Positions 40,333 through 52,495 of a DNA stretch of 64,000 nucleotides are shown here, one piece after another. How positions within the stretch are numbered: the stretch's first letter is position 1; every line of letters starts with the position of its first letter. Both the position numbers and the translations under genes were made by a program. Source of the DNA: Eledone cirrhosa (taxonomy: Eukaryota); the NCBI GenBank assembly GCA_964016885.1, contig OZ024746.1, forward strand, positions 75,702,001-75,766,000, written 5' to 3'. The notes below the pieces were generated by a model. The model saw nothing but the letters and a program-made list of their open reading frames with translations. It did not search any database and had not been told where the DNA came from.

Positions 40333-41067
40333 CTGAGAAATTAAAATTTCCAACTTGAAATTTTACAATTTTACTCTTTCGTTTTATGAAGACATTTACA
40401 AGTAAATAAATTTCTCTCTCAACATTGTTGACTTACAGCATCTGTTACAGAAAATTCTCTTTCAAACAGAAATATATCCTGAAATAAAATAAAATAATAT
40501 GTTAGATATTAAATAAGTTGTGTAATGTGTGGTGCATGAGGATGTAGAAAGTTAGATTTTTGGGTTTAAGACTTCTTATTAAAAAGAATTGTTTCCTGCT
40601 AAAATGTTAAACATTAGTCTTACACAAGAATACAGAGAAAATAACTGTTAGAATATTTATTATATTGTATAGAACTTATAAGCTGAAAATATATAAAAAA
40701 GTAGAGATATAGATATGCGTGTGTAAGTCTAGACTATTCAGTGTATGTGTGTATGTTACAAAACAACAAAACTATTTAGACATGTTATAGTTCATTGTCT
40801 AAATAACAAAGAATCGTGTAGCCTAAATGTATAAACTAGCTTAAGATGTACAAAATTTAGACCATGGATAACAACAGTAATAATTCTTAAAACCTAATAT
40901 ATTCATGTAGTAGCAGCTCAAATAATATCTTATTACAAATAGACACACATGACTTAATTAATTATTTATAGAATGAATTATTACAGAACATTTTTTAAAC
41001 ATTGATAAATACATTTATGATATTCTTAATCTCTCATATATGTAAATAATTTACCACAAATATCTCA

Positions 41068-42840
41068 CCATGAGAGACTAATGAATGTGGAGAACGAATG
41101 CGACAGAGAGGAATTACCCCCAGTAGACCCAACAGAGGGACCAGCTATTGAGATTGCCGAATATAGGGTACAAGAGGCAATTAAAGAAATGAAGAATGGT
41201 AAGGGTGCTGGAGTGTCGGGGATAGTTGCTGAGATGCTGAAGGCATCAGGGGACGTAGGCATTAAACTGGTTGCACACATCATCAATCAAGCTATATATG
41301 GTGGTGTCATACCCAAAGACTGGTGCAGCAGTATTCTCATAAATTGCTACAAAGGTAAAGGGGATGCTCTGGAGAGGAGCAATTATAGGGGCATAAAGCT
41401 GATGGATCAGGTTTTGAAAGTGGCAGAGAGAATATTAACGCAACTGATTAGAGAAAGAGTCAAATTAGATGAGATGCAGTTTGGTTCTGTGCCTCGGAAA
41501 AGTACAACAGATGCACTCTTCTTAGTGAGTCAACTACAAGAGAGGTTCTTAGAGAAGAATAAGCCACTATACTTAGCTTTTGTTGACCTAGAGAAGGCAT
41601 TTGATAGAGTACCCCGATCTGTCATCTGGTGGACCCTAAGGAAACTAGGTGTAGAGGAATGGCTTGTGAGGACAGTGAAAGCTATGTACAGGGGTCAATA
41701 AAGTGAGAGTAGGTATGGAGTTTAGTGAGGAATTCCAGATACAAGTAGGTGTACATCAGGGTTCGGTCCTCAGCTCGCTCTTGTTCATTATAGTCCTTTA
41801 AGCCATAACAGAGGAGTTTAGGACTGGCTGTCCATGGGAACTTCTCTATGCTGACGATCTGGTTCTTATAGCAGAATCAGTAGAGGAGCTGGAGAATAAA
41901 TTCTGGCTATGGAAACAGCAGTTGGAATCAAGAGGACTGAGAGTGAACATAGCTAAGACAAAAGTGCTGATGAGTAGAAGAGAGGACAATACTCCGATTC
42001 CATCAGGGAAATGGCCATGTTTGATATGTAGGAAAGGAACTGGCATAAATTCCATAAAATGTATGCAATGCAGATCTTGGATACACAAGAGATGTAGTGG
42101 GATAGCAGGCAAACTAACAGGTAGAGAAAACTATGTATGCAGTAGATGTACAAGAAAAGTTGGCAGTAGTAATCGCAGTGATAGACACATTTTTCAAATG
42201 CAGGTGGGTTCTATAGAAGTCGTTGATAGCTTCCGGTACCTAGGTGATCAGATTAGCATGGGAGGGGGGAGGTCCGAGACCATAGTATTTAGAATAAGGA
42301 TGGGTTGGAAGAAGTTTAGGGAGCTGCTTCCTCTGTTGACAAAGAAGGGCTTCTCTCTGCGTACAAAATGACGGTTATATGATGCCTGTGTGAGATGCGT
42401 GATGCTGCACGGTAGTGAGACATGGGCAGCAACTGCAGAGGATATGCGACGGCTGGAGAGAAATGAAGCAAGTATGCTCCGTTGGATGTGCAATGTCAAT
42501 GTGCGTGAACGACCAAGAATAGACGAGTTGAGAAAGAAACTGGGTATAAGAGGGATAAGTTGTGGTGTGCAGGAGAGAAGGCTGAGATGGTATGGACATG
42601 TGATGCGCATGGAGGATGACCGCTGGGTAAAGAAGTGCCAAGAAATCCCAGTAGAAGGAAGACGCAGTAGAGGTAGACCACAAAAAACATGGGCGGAGGT
42701 GGTGAGAACAGACCTCAGATCGCTGAAACTCACCGAGGAGATGACGATGGACCGTGACAAGTGGAGAGATGCTGTGCTGAAAAGGACCCGTCCAACCCTT
42801 GCAAGCAGGGAAAAGCGGACGTAAAATGATGATGATGATG
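41068..42840 (+). mobile_element. 5'-truncated RTE-clade LINE (RT, PHD-like Cys finger, C-terminal domain, (GAT)n tail)
   Basis: NYRGIKL, QFG, AFVDLEKAFDRV, YADD and FRYLG motifs over ORFs 41081-42824 with stops/frameshift; ATCTCA repeated at 41062-41067 and 42841-42846. Confidence 0.92.
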
Positions 42841-42926
42841 ATCTCAGATCTATAGTTTTACTCACATGTGAATAAGTTTATGTGCAGATAGGTTGCAAAT
42901 TTTAGAAAATGTCTTCCCCACAAAAC

Positions 42927-43329
<403 letters not shown>

Positions 43330-44280
43330 TCAGTGATATGGCTTCTTTCGAGTGTGAATACGCCAGTGTCTTTTTAAAGTACTATTTTCAGAAAATGCCT
43401 TGCCACAAATTTCACAATGATATGGTTTTTCACCTGTGTGCGTACGTGTGTGTTTGACTAAACTACATCTATCTGAAAATTCTTTTCCACAAACCCTACA
43501 ATGATATGGTTTCTCTCCAGTGTGAATACGTTTGTGTAATTTTAGAACATATTTTTCAGGAAATGCTTTCCCACATATTTCACAGTGGTGTTTTTTTTCT
43601 CCAGTATGTACGCGTTTATGTCTTAGTAAACTCTGTCTACTTGAATATTGTTTCTCACATATTTCACAAGGATATGGTTTTTCTCCAGTGTGAGTATGTT
43701 TGTGTATTATTAAAGACTCTTTTACAGAAAATGCTTTCTTACATATTTCACAGTGGTATGGTTTTAAGTGTACACCTCTGTGGTTTTCACAGCCAGTTAC
43801 ACTAGAAAAAGCTTTGCCACAAACATCACACTTGTATGGTTTTTCTCCAGTGTGTATACGTTTATGTCTTGCTAAATTACCAAGTTGAGAAAATAGTTTC
43901 CCACAGATTTTACAGTGGTATTGCTGTTCTCCAGTGTGAACAAGTTTATGACTTCTTAAACTAAAAATGTAAGAAAATGCTCTGCCACATATTTCACAGT
44001 GATACGGTTTCTCTCCCGTGTGAGTACGTTGGTGTATCTTTATATAACTTTTATTAGAAAAAGCTTTCCCACAAATCTCACAGTGATATGGTTTATCTCC
44101 AGTGTGTGTACGCTTGTGTTCCGTTAAATAAGCTTTTACAGAAAATGATTTTTCACATATTTCACAGTGGTATGGTTTTTCTCCTGTATGGGTGCACTCG
44201 TGAATAGACAAATTACATTTTGTAGAAAGTATTTTCCCGCAAATATTACATTTGCAATGTTTTTTTGTTTTATGAAACAT
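43330..44280 (-). CDS. C2H2 zinc-finger protein G (11 fingers), truncated duplicate of H; may be a pseudogene
   Basis: 316-aa ORF with 20 aa differences from H over the shared length; ends at a 2-nt deletion CAC TGT GAA to CAC TGA. Confidence 0.7.
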   Translation of the reverse strand: MFHKTKKHCKCNICGKILSTKCNLSIHECTHTGEKPYHCEICEKSFSVKAYLTEHKRTHTGDKPYHCEICGKAFSNKSYIKIHQRTHTGEKPYHCEICGRAFSYIFSLRSHKLVHTGEQQYHCKICGKLFSQLGNLARHKRIHTGEKPYKCDVCGKAFSSVTGCENHRGVHLKPYHCEICKKAFSVKESLIIHKHTHTGEKPYPCEICEKQYSSRQSLLRHKRVHTGEKKHHCEICGKAFPEKYVLKLHKRIHTGEKPYHCRVCGKEFSDRCSLVKHTRTHTGEKPYHCEICGKAFSENSTLKRHWRIHTRKKPYH

Positions 44281-46874
44281 TTAAGCAATGGAACTTCAGG
44301 AAGATATTTGCAATTAAATAAATCTCTCTCTCTCAACACTGTTAACTTACAGCATGTCCTACAGAAAATCTTCCTTCAAACTGAAATACATCCTGAAATA
44401 AAATAAAATAAATATTAGATGCTTAATATCAATATATTGTGTAATGTGGTACACCTTAACATTTCACAGTTGTCATACTCAAAGACTAGTGGATCATGAT
44501 ATTTATCTGTTTGCAATGTTCAGTTTCCAAGAATTGATTATCACTTCCCATGAAAACAACAACTCATTCATAAATATCAAAATATGCATATTTTACCAAT
44601 TATCTTATTTACAGATTATAACCAGTCATATCTAGGTAAATAGGAGAGCTTAATGAAACAGAACTGGTCTTGTAAAAGTCAGCTCTCAATGAAATATGTA
44701 TATCTCTTTAAATATATGGTATGAACATGTGATGCGTATGAAGGAGGACAGCCATATAGAAAGGTGCAGGGTGCTCAAAGTTGATGGAAGCTATGGAGTA
44801 GGAAGACCTAAGAAGACTTGGGATGACCTTGTACAATTGCACCTTTTAAAATTGACGACATACAATCGAGATCTCTGGCATTATACAGTAATACACAAGA
44901 CTCACCTTCCTATGTGCACGGGTTGAAGCATTTTTTTGGTATGCACCACCAAAGCATGGAAAAATGGACGTTTAACAGTGACGACGATGATGTATATTTA
45001 TATATATGTATGGCGTCAAATCTATGTGCTAGAAATAGAAGTAAATTCTCACCCCATTTTTCCATTTTCAGAAAATAAGTTGACAGCTTGACGAGGGTCA
45101 GATTACTTGAAAACAGATGAAAGATCTTAATTATTATAAATTTTATATATATACATATATATATCAATTTGATTAAAATAACAGGATGCCAGACAAGTGA
45201 TAGCCCGTTAACCCTTTAGCCTTTAAACCAGCCATATCCAGCCAGAATTCTCCCACCCCTTTCTGTTTAAACTAGCCATAACCGGCTACTCATACTTATA
45301 TTAAGGTATTGCTCTCAAAATCTCATAGCTTCAGTATTATGTGAGATAATTCTGTGAAATAAAGTGTTTACTCTGAGTCACTTGACCTCACAACACATCT
45401 AACCTATGCGTGGAAAAATAGACATTAAATGATGATGTTTATATATATATAATATCAGTCCATACTGACATTTTATTATATATACTTACATATGATCCTC
45501 AGTCCATATTCAGTTCCCTAATCAAAATATATAAAATATTAATGTATACAGTATTTACTTATGTATAAGTCCACTTATAATGTGACCATTGCTTTCTTTC
45601 ATAGATCAATACTGGTAGGCTTAAATTCATCATAATCATTTTACCTCTACTTTCCATGCTGGCAGAGGTTATTTCAGTCCTTGGTAAAATTTTAAGACAT
45701 AATTATTAACAAATAAATATCATTAATTAAACAAATTATTTGTTTCTTTGTTTTTGTACATGGTCACACAAAATTATTAATAGAATCAAGATTTGTAGAT
45801 ACATTTGCTTTTATTCAAAACTGAGTGATTTGCTTGTGGCAGTAACCATACTAGAAAGCTCCTTTGCACTGGGCCTCCCTGCTACATAGTCTAGTTTCTT
45901 TCTTTTTGTTCCTTTCAAAATGAATAAATCATCATCCACTAAAGTTTTGCTTGTGGTTAATTCTCTTGTGTGTCAGATATCATATATTTTATATCGGAGT
46001 GCACCTACTTATGTTTAATGGCTTTCTTGGGCAATCTTGTTAGTGGGTCAATCGGTGGTGTGTGTGTGTTCCTAAAATGTTTTTTTCTTTGCATAGTTTA
46101 AAGAGTCAGTTTGTGATTAGATATGGTGTTCGATACTTATCTGTCCGGATATTTTATGTGGTGGCTTCAAGTAGTATTGAGAAGAAAAGAAGGTGGAGGA
46201 GGAAATTTTGCAGTGTTTTCATTGGCTTTAGTTCCTGATAACTTTTTTAATAATGCATATTTTTAAATGAAATTTTACAGAAACATTTTCGAAGGTGTGT
46301 TTAATTTTAATTATTACATTTAAAAAATACTTTCATTATTTTACATTTGTAAGTAGGCTAAACATAAACTCGAAAATTTGTTTATCATGCCTTATAATTT
46401 CATATTATAGATCTTCTATAAGAACGCAATATCATTTCTACAATAATGAATTCCAGAATATATATTGATGAATCATAATCTACACCTTCGGAAATGTATC
46501 TCTGCAAAAAATTCATGATAAAATATGCATTAAGTAACAAATATGGTGTGAGAGGCACTAGACAAGTAATGCCGCAAAAGTTACCTAGCACCAGGTACGC
46601 ACATGATATAACTATCCTTCATGACAACCAATAATTTCTGCCGTTCTTGCAAAACTTATATTGTGGACATGCATTATAGGATAAACATATACATAGCTAA
46701 GTTCAAGCAGGAAAAGTCAATATCTCAGTGATGTAAACATGTGCGAACGAAGATACATGCAAAGTTGAGACAGGAACCCACTGTCTAATTCTTCATTTAT
46801 ACAAGGTATTTGTATATATTTTAAGTTGCTTAAATAGTGAGCAAAATATATTGAAGTGTAAAATCAATCGATCC

Positions 46875-46913
<39 letters not shown>

Positions 46914-47407
46914 ATAACAAGTAGGGACAAGGTGTCAAATTATCATTAAGTTCATTCAGGTGTGACACACGTTTCGCGATTGATCAGATCAAGATTCGAA
47001 CTCTATTGATCGGGCTCGATTCTGTAATCAAAAACTCATCTGACTTCTGTTTGCTTACATATGTATGTGTGCTCTTGTAACATTAGTACACGAGTAAGCA
47101 TTCGCGAATCTTATAGTTGCAGTTAATTAGTTACATGTAAGTGCTCTTCCTGTAGCAACAGAAAAAATCTAGGGTCTTGAAGGCAGGCCAAAAGAGCGTA
47201 CATATACTATTATGGTTAACCAACAATACCTAAGAATGTATGTATACTAACCCCTGCAAACATTCTTAGGTTATTAAATATCAACACATACTTAAGCCCA
47301 TACCACTGATACGTCTCAGCTCATCTACGATGAGGAACTTTGCATATATAAACAGCAGTTAACTATTAACATCAATATACATATATCATCATATATATAT
47401 ATATATA

Positions 47408-47680
47408 TCATCATCATCATCATCATCATCAGCATCGTTTAACGTCCATCTTCCACGCTTGCATGGGTTTGGACGGGAGTTTTCCCACTTGAGGCAAGAG
47501 TGGTTGGCTTGCTCGCATAGGACTGTCTAGCAGGTTTTCTACGGCTGGATGCCCTTCCTAACACCAACCACATTTACAGTGTGGACTGGGAGGTTTTTAC
47601 CGTGTTACCTACACGGCCACATTACAGCGTGGACTGTGTGGTTTTTTGTCGTGACACCTACACGACCTCATTTGTTTCAG
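47408..47680 (-). mobile_element. SINE 3' half with RTE-type tail
   Basis: Highly similar to the arms of 20673-21346; (CAT)n tail. Confidence 0.8.
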
Positions 47681-47824
47681 ACTGGATGTTCTGGTACCAA
47701 CATAACTTTACATTGAAAGGGGTGGTGTGGATGCGGTGGGGGTAGTGGGACGGGGGTGTATTTTTGTTAGAGGTGTCTACTGACTGTAGTAGGTTTCACT
47801 TTGTACTTAGGTAAGGCGGGTCTT

Positions 47825-49000
47825 CTGTAGCGCCAAAGATCTCGGTCCAGTGACATTGTCTTGGAGAGGCGTAAGTGTGTGAGGTCGGAATTTATCAAGT
47901 CGTCCCAGGTTTTTCTGGGTCTACCTACTCCGTGGCTACCATCTATTTTTATTGCCCTGCACTTTTTTATACAGCTGTCGTCTTTCATGCGCATCACGTG
48001 ACCGTACCAACGTAGTCTTCTCTCGAGTAAACAACATCTGATCCCTCTTATTTCTAATTTTTCCCTTAGTTGGTTTATGCTTTGCCGTTCACGTATATTA
48101 CTATTACACATCCAGCGGAGCATGGAAGCTTCGTTCCTCTCCAGTCTGCGTATATCCTCTGCACACAATGCCTAGGTCTCACTGCCATGTAACATTGCTG
48201 TTCGTATGCAGGCATCATACAGCCTGCCTTTCATTTTTAGAGAGAACCCTTTAGCGGCTAATAGTGGTATAAGCTCTCTGAACTTTTTCCATCCAGTTCT
48301 GACTCTAGCTACTGTACTTTCAGAGCACCCTCCACCACTGCTGATTTTGTCACCCAAGTAACGGAAGGTGTCGACTATTTCTATAGAACCATCTGTGCAA
48401 TGGAATGAGCTAGTATTCTGTGGGCACTTGCTGCTACTTATTGCACCAGAGCACCGGCCACATATAAAATCTATATTCTTAGTTAGCTTACCTGTGATCC
48501 CACTACATCTTTTATGAACACATACTTTGCATTTGGGACATAAAATGGAGTTTCTGCCTACTCCTTTCCTACACACTGAGCATGGCCATTTCCCGGATGG
48601 GACCGGTGCCCTATTTTCCTTCCTACAAACTAGAACTTTAGTCTTAGACAGGTTAATTTTAAGGCCTTTTGAGTCTAGGTCATGCTTCCACGTTTGGAAT
48701 TTCTTTTCTACTTCAGCCATTGATTCAGCTATGAGCGTTAGATCATCTACGTATAGGAGTTCCCATGGGCAGCCGGTCTTGAACTCCTCTGTTATAGCCT
48801 GAAGGGCAATAATAAATAGTAGGTGGCTAAGAACGGAGCCCTGATGAACACCAACTTTTACGCTAAACTCTTCACTATATTCGTTGTTAATTCTAACCTT
48901 GCTGACTGTTTCTTTATACATGGCTTGTATAGCTCTCACAAGCCATTCATCAACACCTTCGACTAACACTGCTGGTCCCTCTATTGGATCGATGTGGGGA
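47825..49000 (-). mobile_element. RTE LINE fragment with internal deletion; absent from the duplicate copy
   Basis: ORFs 48172-49056 and 47767-48168: GVHQGSVLS, YVDD, WPCSVC..HKRC, FRYLG; PIEGPA joined directly to GVDEWLV. Confidence 0.88.
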
Positions 49001-49006
49001 TATATG

Positions 49007-49042
<36 letters not shown>

Positions 49043-49126
49043 ATTGCCTCAAACAACTCGATTAGTACTTGCTATATGGAGGCTACAACTTCAATTCATA
49101 CCCAATATTATATACATATATATATA

Positions 49127-50256
49127 CAGGGTGCGGACGGTATTTGAGGGCAGATTTATGGTTTTAAAAAAATGCTTATATAATAACAGAAAAAAACTGT
49201 CGTCTTATAAAAATAACATAAACATAAAGCTAAATTATCAATTTAATAATTTCATTCAATAAAACCACCATAAGCATCAACATGGGGTCGAAATTGTTTG
49301 CAAAGTCGGATTAAGTGGTCCTTGTTCATATCGGACATGACTCGAATTATGGCGGCTTTCAAAGAATCTTTGGTGCTATGGGGGTGTTTATTGACATTTT
49401 TCTCAACGATGCTCCATACATAGTCCAGTGCATTGAGATCTGGAGAATTAGGAGTCCAAATGTTGGGGGGTGATGTGATCATGCAAATTGTCAGCCATCC
49501 ATTCTTGTGTCATTTGAGCCTTGTGTGATGGTGCAGAATTTTGTTGAAAGTCATAAGGCCTTCCATTTCATACACTGTTGATCTAAGGCTTAACAACTTT
49601 ATCCAAAACCTCAATATATGCAGCAGCATTCACCCTTAAGGCCTTGTGGAAAAAAGTGAGAAGGCATCACATGTCCTTCATTACTAACAACACCCAAAAC
49701 CATGACACTTGCAGAAGGGTCTGCACATAGCCATCTGTCATTTCTTCTATTAGTTTTGTGGCCCTGGTCAAAATTTTTCTCATCTCAGAAAAACCAAATC
49801 ATACCATCTTCTGATGGATTTTTAAGTTTGTTTAAAAGTGTTTTGCATCTGATTAAACGCTTTCTTTTCTTTTTTTCTGACATTCTTTTCATCACATAAG
49901 ATTTGTATCTGATGTCTTTATGCACAACATTTCTGATTGTTTTTTCTGACACACCAACATTTTTTGCAATTGACCTCATTCATTTTCCTGGATTGTCATC
50001 AATGTTTTGCTTAACTTCCTGAATAAATTTAGGTGTCCTGATAGAATCAGAGCGTTTGGAATGTTTTTTACGTTTTGATACAGGTAATACGCTTCCATCT
50101 TCTTTCTCTAATTCACACTGAATCTTGTGGACAAAAGATCTTGCAACTTTCAGAAAACGACAAGCACAACATACCTTTTCATTTCATTAGTAAGCATAGT
50201 TATTTTCTGAAATGGAAGTTCAATAAAAATTACATGTGTCCTCAAATACCGTCCAC

Positions 50257-50262
<6 letters not shown>
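49127..50262 (-). mobile_element. Tc1/mariner superfamily (maT-like) transposon with decayed transposase
   Basis: TIRs CAGGGTGCGGACGGTATTTGAGG / CCTCAAATACCGTCCACACCCT in TA context; WFF..DEK and W.PNSPDLN.LDY motifs. Confidence 0.88.
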
Positions 50263-50292
<30 letters not shown>

Positions 50293-50310
50293 TGGGCACT
50301 ACAACGCTAT

Positions 50311-50688
50311 TAGCTGTCAGTCGTGAAAGCAGCCGAAGGTGATGTCATTCGTCATCGTTTATTTCCGTATTACTACCACCACGCGTAAGTGGAGTTTTCA
50401 CACGTTTTTTATTTTTTTATTTTTTTTATTAAAGCATATCGATGTAAGTGGAGTTACTTAAATGAAAATATAGGTGGCCCTTAAAAGGGCCAAATTAGAA
50501 AACAAATTTAAGTTAATTAGAAAACAAGTCATGGTTATCAAATAAATTGGATTTAATCATTTAAATTTTCATAGTCATGGTTATCAATGTAGAAAACGCG
50601 TGATATTTTCATTTAAGTAACTCCACTTACGCGTGGTAGTAATACGGAAATGTTTTGCTTTCATCGGCTGCTTTTGACTGACAGCCTA
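50311..50688. mobile_element. MITE-like element with imperfect long inverted arms
   Basis: GCTGTCAGTC..AAAGCAGCCGA / TCGGCTGCTTT.GACTGACAGC; ATTTCCGTATTACTACCA and GTAAGTGGAGTTACTTAAATGAAAATAT also occur inverted. Confidence 0.7.
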
Positions 50689-50815
50689 TGTTTGGCCTTT
50701 ATAACTTATGTTTATTGCTCTGGTCTTTATTTGGTCCATGGAGCGCTTGCCAGCATAAATCGGATATTGCGTTTTGCTATTTTCGACCACAGGCGTAATC
50801 CGATCTCGCTGAAAC

Positions 50816-50871
<56 letters not shown>

Positions 50872-50873
50872 TA

Positions 50874-51667
50874 GGCATACGTCAAGACGGGCGGTCTCAA
50901 AAGTGAAACTAATTTTTGACAGTTACGATTGTGAATTTGTTTGTTTTTTTACAACAGGTCTCAATAGTGAAAGTATAATGCAGACACACGCAATTGTATG
51001 GATTCTTAATATATATATATGTGTGTGTGTGTATGTATATATATATATATATATATGTGTGTTTGTATATATATATGTGTTTGTGTCATGATCGTTTAAC
51101 GTCTATCTTCCACGCAAGCATGGGTTTAGACGTATATATATGTTTGTGTGTATATATGTGTTTGTGTGTATATATATGTGTTTGTGTGTATATATATGTG
51201 TCTGTATATATATATGTGTATGTATATATATATTTATGCACACATACACATTTGTATGAATTTGTAGATGTATCTATATATGCCTACAAATTCATACAAA
51301 TGTGTATGTGTGCATAAATATATATATACATACACATATATATATATAGACACATATATATACACACAAACACACAAAAATATACACACAAACACATATA
51401 TACACACAAACATATATATACGTCTAAACCCATGCTTGCGTGGAAGATAGACGTTAAACGATGATGATGACACTAACACACATATATATATACATACACA
51501 CACACATATATATACACACCCACACATATATATATTAAGAAATCCATACAATTGCGTGTGTCTGCATTATACTTTCACTATTGAGACCTGTTGTAAAAAA
51601 ACAAATTCAAAATCGTAACTGTCAAAAATTAGTTTCACTTTTGAGACCGGCCGCCTTGACGTATGCC
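50874..51667. mobile_element. Merlin-ended foldback element (near-complete palindrome)
   Basis: Ends GGCATACGTCAAG / CTTGACGTATGCC; arms share ACAACAGGTCTCAATAGTGAAAGT with 7846-9079. Confidence 0.85.
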
Positions 51668-51670
51668 ATA

Positions 51671-52210
51671 GGCATAGGTAAAATATAACGTTCGAGAAAG
51701 TGAAACTAGTTTTTATGACAAGTGAATGTGTTTGTTTTTTAGTATTGCGTGTGTGATTATTTTTATTTTTATTTTTTTGTGTATTGTGTGTACGGAAAAT
51801 TAGACGTACCTTATCAACATCCTTATTAGACCGTATAAATAGCTGAAATACAGTTGATCATCTCGCCAACCTAATGTGCACACACAACTCATAGAGAACA
51901 CTTGGAGCCGTGCGAAGAAAAAAGCTCCGTCGACAACATGGGACAAGCGACGATTTATTCCCCTCGTATTTAGCTGAATTTCTTTAGCGGCAGAGAGTTG
52001 GTGCCAACAAATTTAGCGAGATGATCAACTGTATTTCAGCTATTTATACGGTCTAATAAGGATGTTGATAAGGTACGTCTAATTTTCCGTACACACAATA
52101 CACAAAAAAAGAAAAAGAAAAAATAATCACACACGCAATACTAAAAAACAAACATTCACTTGTCATAAAAATTAGTTTCACTTTCTCGAACGTTATATTT
52201 TACCTATGCC
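51671..52210 (+). mobile_element. Second Merlin foldback element with transposase C-terminal remnant
   Basis: ~200-bp arms with ends GGCATAGGTA / TACCTATGCC; centre translates HTQLIENTWSRAKKK/LRRQHGTSDDLFPSYLAEFL*RQRVGANKF. Confidence 0.85.
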
Positions 52211-52241
<31 letters not shown>

Positions 52242-52279
52242 TAAATATTAATAAAATAGATGTTCTTTTGATCAATTAC

Positions 52280-52332
52280 ATTTTATTATATATATTTCGA
52301 ATGTACAACAGTACGTCCTCATCAGACAAAAT
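52280..52332 (-). ncRNA. Minimal type I hammerhead ribozyme
   Basis: RC: ATTTTGT-CTGATGA-GGACGTAC.TGTT.GTACATTC-GAAA-TATATA-TA-ATAAAAT (stem I, core, stem II, palindromic stem III). Confidence 0.75.
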
Positions 52333-52442
52333 ATAATGATACATGACATACCCTGAGATGTTAAATGGTTAAGATTTAATCAATATATACCTTGATTAAA
52401 TCTTAACCATTTAACATCTCAGGGTATATCATGTATCATTAT

Positions 52443-52495
52443 ATTTTGTCTGATGAGGATGTACTGTTGTACATCCGAAATTTGTATAATAAAAT
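52443..52495 (+). ncRNA. Minimal type I hammerhead ribozyme (stem III mutated)
   Basis: ATTTTGT-CTGATGA-GGATGTAC.TGTT.GTACATCC-GAAA-TTTGTA-TA-ATAAAAT; perfect 8-bp stem II. Confidence 0.7.

Noticed and set aside
42248-42865. 205-aa minus-strand ORF (and 57095-57691)
   Set aside because: Antisense of the RTE C-terminal coding region
46400-46591. 63-aa ORF conserved at 62484-62675
   Set aside because: Conservation explained by the recent segmental duplication; non-ATG start; no recognisable motif
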